Shown here: positions 59,817 to 64,000 of the stretch, piece by piece
How the letters are laid out: every line of letters begins with the position of its first letter
How positions within the stretch are numbered: position 1 is the stretch's first letter
DNA from: Acidobacteria bacterium RIFCSPLOWO2_12_FULL_68_19
Lineage (GTDB): Bacteria > Acidobacteriota > Vicinamibacteria > Vicinamibacterales > UBA2999
Direction: 5' to 3'
DNA length: 64,000 nucleotides
Assembly (NCBI GenBank): GCA_001767525.1
Contig: MELF01000020.1
Coordinates: 11,417 to 75,416 of the forward strand
Translations under genes and position numbers: made by a program
The notes under the pieces: generated by a model
Seen by the model: the letters and a program-made list of their open reading frames with translations, nothing else
What the model was told of the DNA's origin: nothing
Database searches by the model: none

Positions 59817-61877
59817 ATGACGACCTCAACTCTTGCCTCCCGATTCCGTGTGGCGCTGCTCCTGGTCGCCGCCTGCGCGGCCTGGAGCGCGACACCGGCC
59901 TGGAGCCAGCGCGTCCCCACAGACAAGCTCGATCGGGTCCTGCGGGCACGGTCGCTGCAGCTGGTCGGCCGGTCACGTGTCATCGTGCAGTTTCGCGGCA
60001 GCCCGGACCCGCGCGTCGTCACGGGCGGCGGCGGCATTTCGGGACGCGAACTCCCGCAGGTAGGAGCGCTCGTCGCCGACGTCGACAACACGGCGCTCGC
60101 CGGTCTCGCGGGAAATCCCCAGGTGGCCTGGATTCGCGCCGACCACCCGGTGTTCCCGACGCTGGAGCGAACGGGCGCCGCGATTGCGGCGGCGGTCGCC
60201 CGCGACACCTACGACCTGACCGGCAGCGGGATCGGCATCGCCGTGATCGATTCGGGAATCACGGCCTGGCACGACGACCTGTACTTGACCGGCGCGGACC
60301 CGGCGCGAACGGACCCGCGCGTCGTTCACTTCCGCGACTTCACGGTGACACCGAACCCTCGGATCTGGATGTCGGATCAGCCGATTGACGAGTACGGTCA
60401 CGGCACGCACGTGGCGGGCGTCATCGCCGGCAACGGCTACGACTCCGACGGCGCGCGGAGCGGCATGGCGCCGGGTGCGCGCCTGGTGGGTCTGAAAGTG
60501 CTCGACGCACAGGGATTCGGGTACATCAGCGACGTGATCGCGGCAATCGACTACGCGATCGCAATCAAGGACAGCTACAACATCCGCGTCATCAATCTGT
60601 CGGTGGCCTCGGGCGTCTTCGAGTCCTACAACACCGATCCACTCGCGCTTGCCGCCCGGCGCGCCGTCGAGGCGGGCATCGTAGTCGTCGCGGCTGCAGG
60701 CAACCTCGGCATGAACGACGCCGGCCAGACACAGCACGGCGGCATCACGTGCCCCGGCAATGCGCCGTGGGTGCTCACGGTGGGCGCGGCGAGCCACGAG
60801 GGGACAGCCGCACGGAGCAACGACACGCTGGCGTCCTTCAGCTCGCGGGGACCGACCTGGATCGACTTCGCGGCCAAACCCGACCTCATCGCGCCCGGAG
60901 TCGGCACCGAGTCGCTGTCGGACCCGCAGAGCACGCTCTATGCGCAGTACGCCGACTACCTCCTCGACGGCTCGCGTGAAACACCGTACAAGCCGTACCT
61001 GAGCCTGACCGGAACCAGTATGGCGGCGCCGGTGGTGACGGGCACCGTGGCATTGATGCTGGAAGCGAACCCGGGGCTCACACCCAACGCCGTGAAGGCG
61101 ATCCTGCAGTACACCGCGGAAGTACGCGAGGGCGAGTCGTTGCTCGCCCAAGGCGCCGGCCTGCTGAACGCACTCGGCGCGATCCGGATGGCCCGTTTCT
61201 TCGCCAAGCCGAAAGGCGGGTTGCCAGAGCCGGGCGATATCGTCGAGGACGAGTACGTCGCCTGGAGCGGACACATCATCTGGGGCAACAGCCGGATGAC
61301 GAGTGGCATTCCGTTGCCCGGCGCCAATGCGTGGTCGCTCGACGTCACATGGGGCACGGAAGCGACGAGCGCCGGTCAGCCGATCGTCTGGGGTGTACAG
61401 GCCACCAACATCGTCTGGAGCACCGGCCACGGCGACAACATCGTCTGGAGCACCGGCCACGGCGACAACATCGTCTGGAGCACCGGTCACGGCGACAACA
61501 TCGTCTGGAGCACCGGTCACGGCGACAACATCGTCTGGAGCACCGGCCACGACGACAACATCGTCTGGAGCACCGGTCATGACGACAACATCGTCTGGAG
61601 CACCGGTCATGGCGACAACATCGTCTGGAGCACCGGTCACGACGACAACATCGTCTGGAGCACCAACATCGTCTGGAGCACCCAGTGCGGCGGCGCCGAT
61701 TGCACTGGGGTGATCTGGGGAACGCGGGGCGACAACGGGTTCATCTGGGGCACCGCGTCACCTGACGGCATCGTCGCCTGGAGCGGAGGCGGCGACAATA
61801 TTGTCTGGAGCACGAACATCGTCTGGAGCACCGTGCGCGGCGACAACATCGTCTGGAGCACCTACGCCAGCCACTGA
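59817..61877 (+). CDS. Secreted S8 (subtilisin-family) serine peptidase with C-terminal NIVWSTGHGD repeat domain
   Basis: Signal peptide. Catalytic triad motifs VIDSGI, HGTHVAGVIAG, GTSMAAPVVTG. C-terminal decapeptide repeats. Confidence 0.9.
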   Translation: MTTSTLASRFRVALLLVAACAAWSATPAWSQRVPTDKLDRVLRARSLQLVGRSRVIVQFRGSPDPRVVTGGGGISGRELPQVGALVADVDNTALAGLAGNPQVAWIRADHPVFPTLERTGAAIAAAVARDTYDLTGSGIGIAVIDSGITAWHDDLYLTGADPARTDPRVVHFRDFTVTPNPRIWMSDQPIDEYGHGTHVAGVIAGNGYDSDGARSGMAPGARLVGLKVLDAQGFGYISDVIAAIDYAIAIKDSYNIRVINLSVASGVFESYNTDPLALAARRAVEAGIVVVAAAGNLGMNDAGQTQHGGITCPGNAPWVLTVGAASHEGTAARSNDTLASFSSRGPTWIDFAAKPDLIAPGVGTESLSDPQSTLYAQYADYLLDGSRETPYKPYLSLTGTSMAAPVVTGTVALMLEANPGLTPNAVKAILQYTAEVREGESLLAQGAGLLNALGAIRMARFFAKPKGGLPEPGDIVEDEYVAWSGHIIWGNSRMTSGIPLPGANAWSLDVTWGTEATSAGQPIVWGVQATNIVWSTGHGDNIVWSTGHGDNIVWSTGHGDNIVWSTGHGDNIVWSTGHDDNIVWSTGHDDNIVWSTGHGDNIVWSTGHDDNIVWSTNIVWSTQCGGADCTGVIWGTRGDNGFIWGTASPDGIVAWSGGGDNIVWSTNIVWSTVRGDNIVWSTYASH
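61407..61682 (+). repeat. Coding tandem repeat: 8 x 30 bp (AACATCGTCTGGAGCACCGGYCAYGRCGAC) plus 2 x 18-bp short units
   Basis: Copies differ only at GGC/GGT, CAC/CAT and GGC/GAC positions. More degenerate units lie at 61790..61862. Confidence 0.9.
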
Positions 61878-61955
61878 AAGGACAGGAAGATGAGAACGCG
61901 AGTTACCATTATCTGGCTGCCCTGATCGAACCGGGGGGCCGTTACAGACTTCCCA

Positions 61956-64000
<2,045 letters not shown>

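Noticed and set aside
61407-61682. Possible CRISPR array (regular 30-bp repeats)
   Set aside because: The repeats are contiguous with no spacers. They are in frame inside the S8 protease gene and encode a decapeptide repeat.

Overview
High-GC (roughly two-thirds G+C by eye), densely coding bacterial chromosomal window. It is dominated by core and energy metabolism, and I found no integrase, transposase, phage gene, tRNA, rRNA or CRISPR array. The gene content includes futalosine-type menaquinone genes, a PVC-type haem-binding cytochrome c, a NuoEFG-less complex I and many secreted hydrolases. This fits an Acidobacteriota/Gemmatimonadota-like soil bacterium, which is inference only. Main blocks, left to right: (1) A thioredoxin-like 2Fe-2S ferredoxin, korAB (2-oxoacid:ferredoxin oxidoreductase) and an 11-gene nuoABCDHIJKLMN operon with no nuoEFG. 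(2) A CoA-transferase, a secreted hypothetical protein, and a dihaem cytochrome c with a PQQ dehydrogenase carrying the lanthanide-type Asp. (3) A 1583-aa PFOR-like fused oxidoreductase. (4) sodA, nadA and an MqnE/C-type radical SAM enzyme. (5) A cobalamin riboswitch driving a btuDCF-like transporter, a PP-loop ATPase and a signal-less BtuF-like protein. (6) A long minus-strand sulfur block: M16 peptidase, cysM, a JAMM protease, a CysO~MoeZ(E1+rhodanese) fusion, iscRSU and an MqnD-like gene. (7) A DtxR-type regulator next to a porin / CuA-cupredoxin / DUF1111 dihaem operon. (8) queD/queC. (9) A secreted alpha/beta hydrolase, then a nagA / PIN-like / deoxyhypusine-synthase-like operon. (10) A sigma-54 activator, a -24/-12 promoter and a secreted S8 protease with a 30-bp tandem-repeat C-terminus, then an HD-GYP/GAF/GGDEF protein. 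The non-coding DNA is unusual. It holds at least four families of short structured repeats, several sitting inside the nuo operon and one apparently in frame inside nuoN. The families are GTAG-hairpin REP-like units, CACCGAG-type inverted elements, 7-bp GGTAGCC arrays and GGGAGTT/CCAACTC arrays. The candidates I rank highest for follow-up are the CysO~E1 polyprotein with its JAMM partner, the ferredoxin/KorAB/Nuo11 block, the repeat families, the riboswitch operon with an uncharacterised PP-loop enzyme, and the oversized PFOR. All functional calls rest on motif and family recognition by eye. No database search was run.
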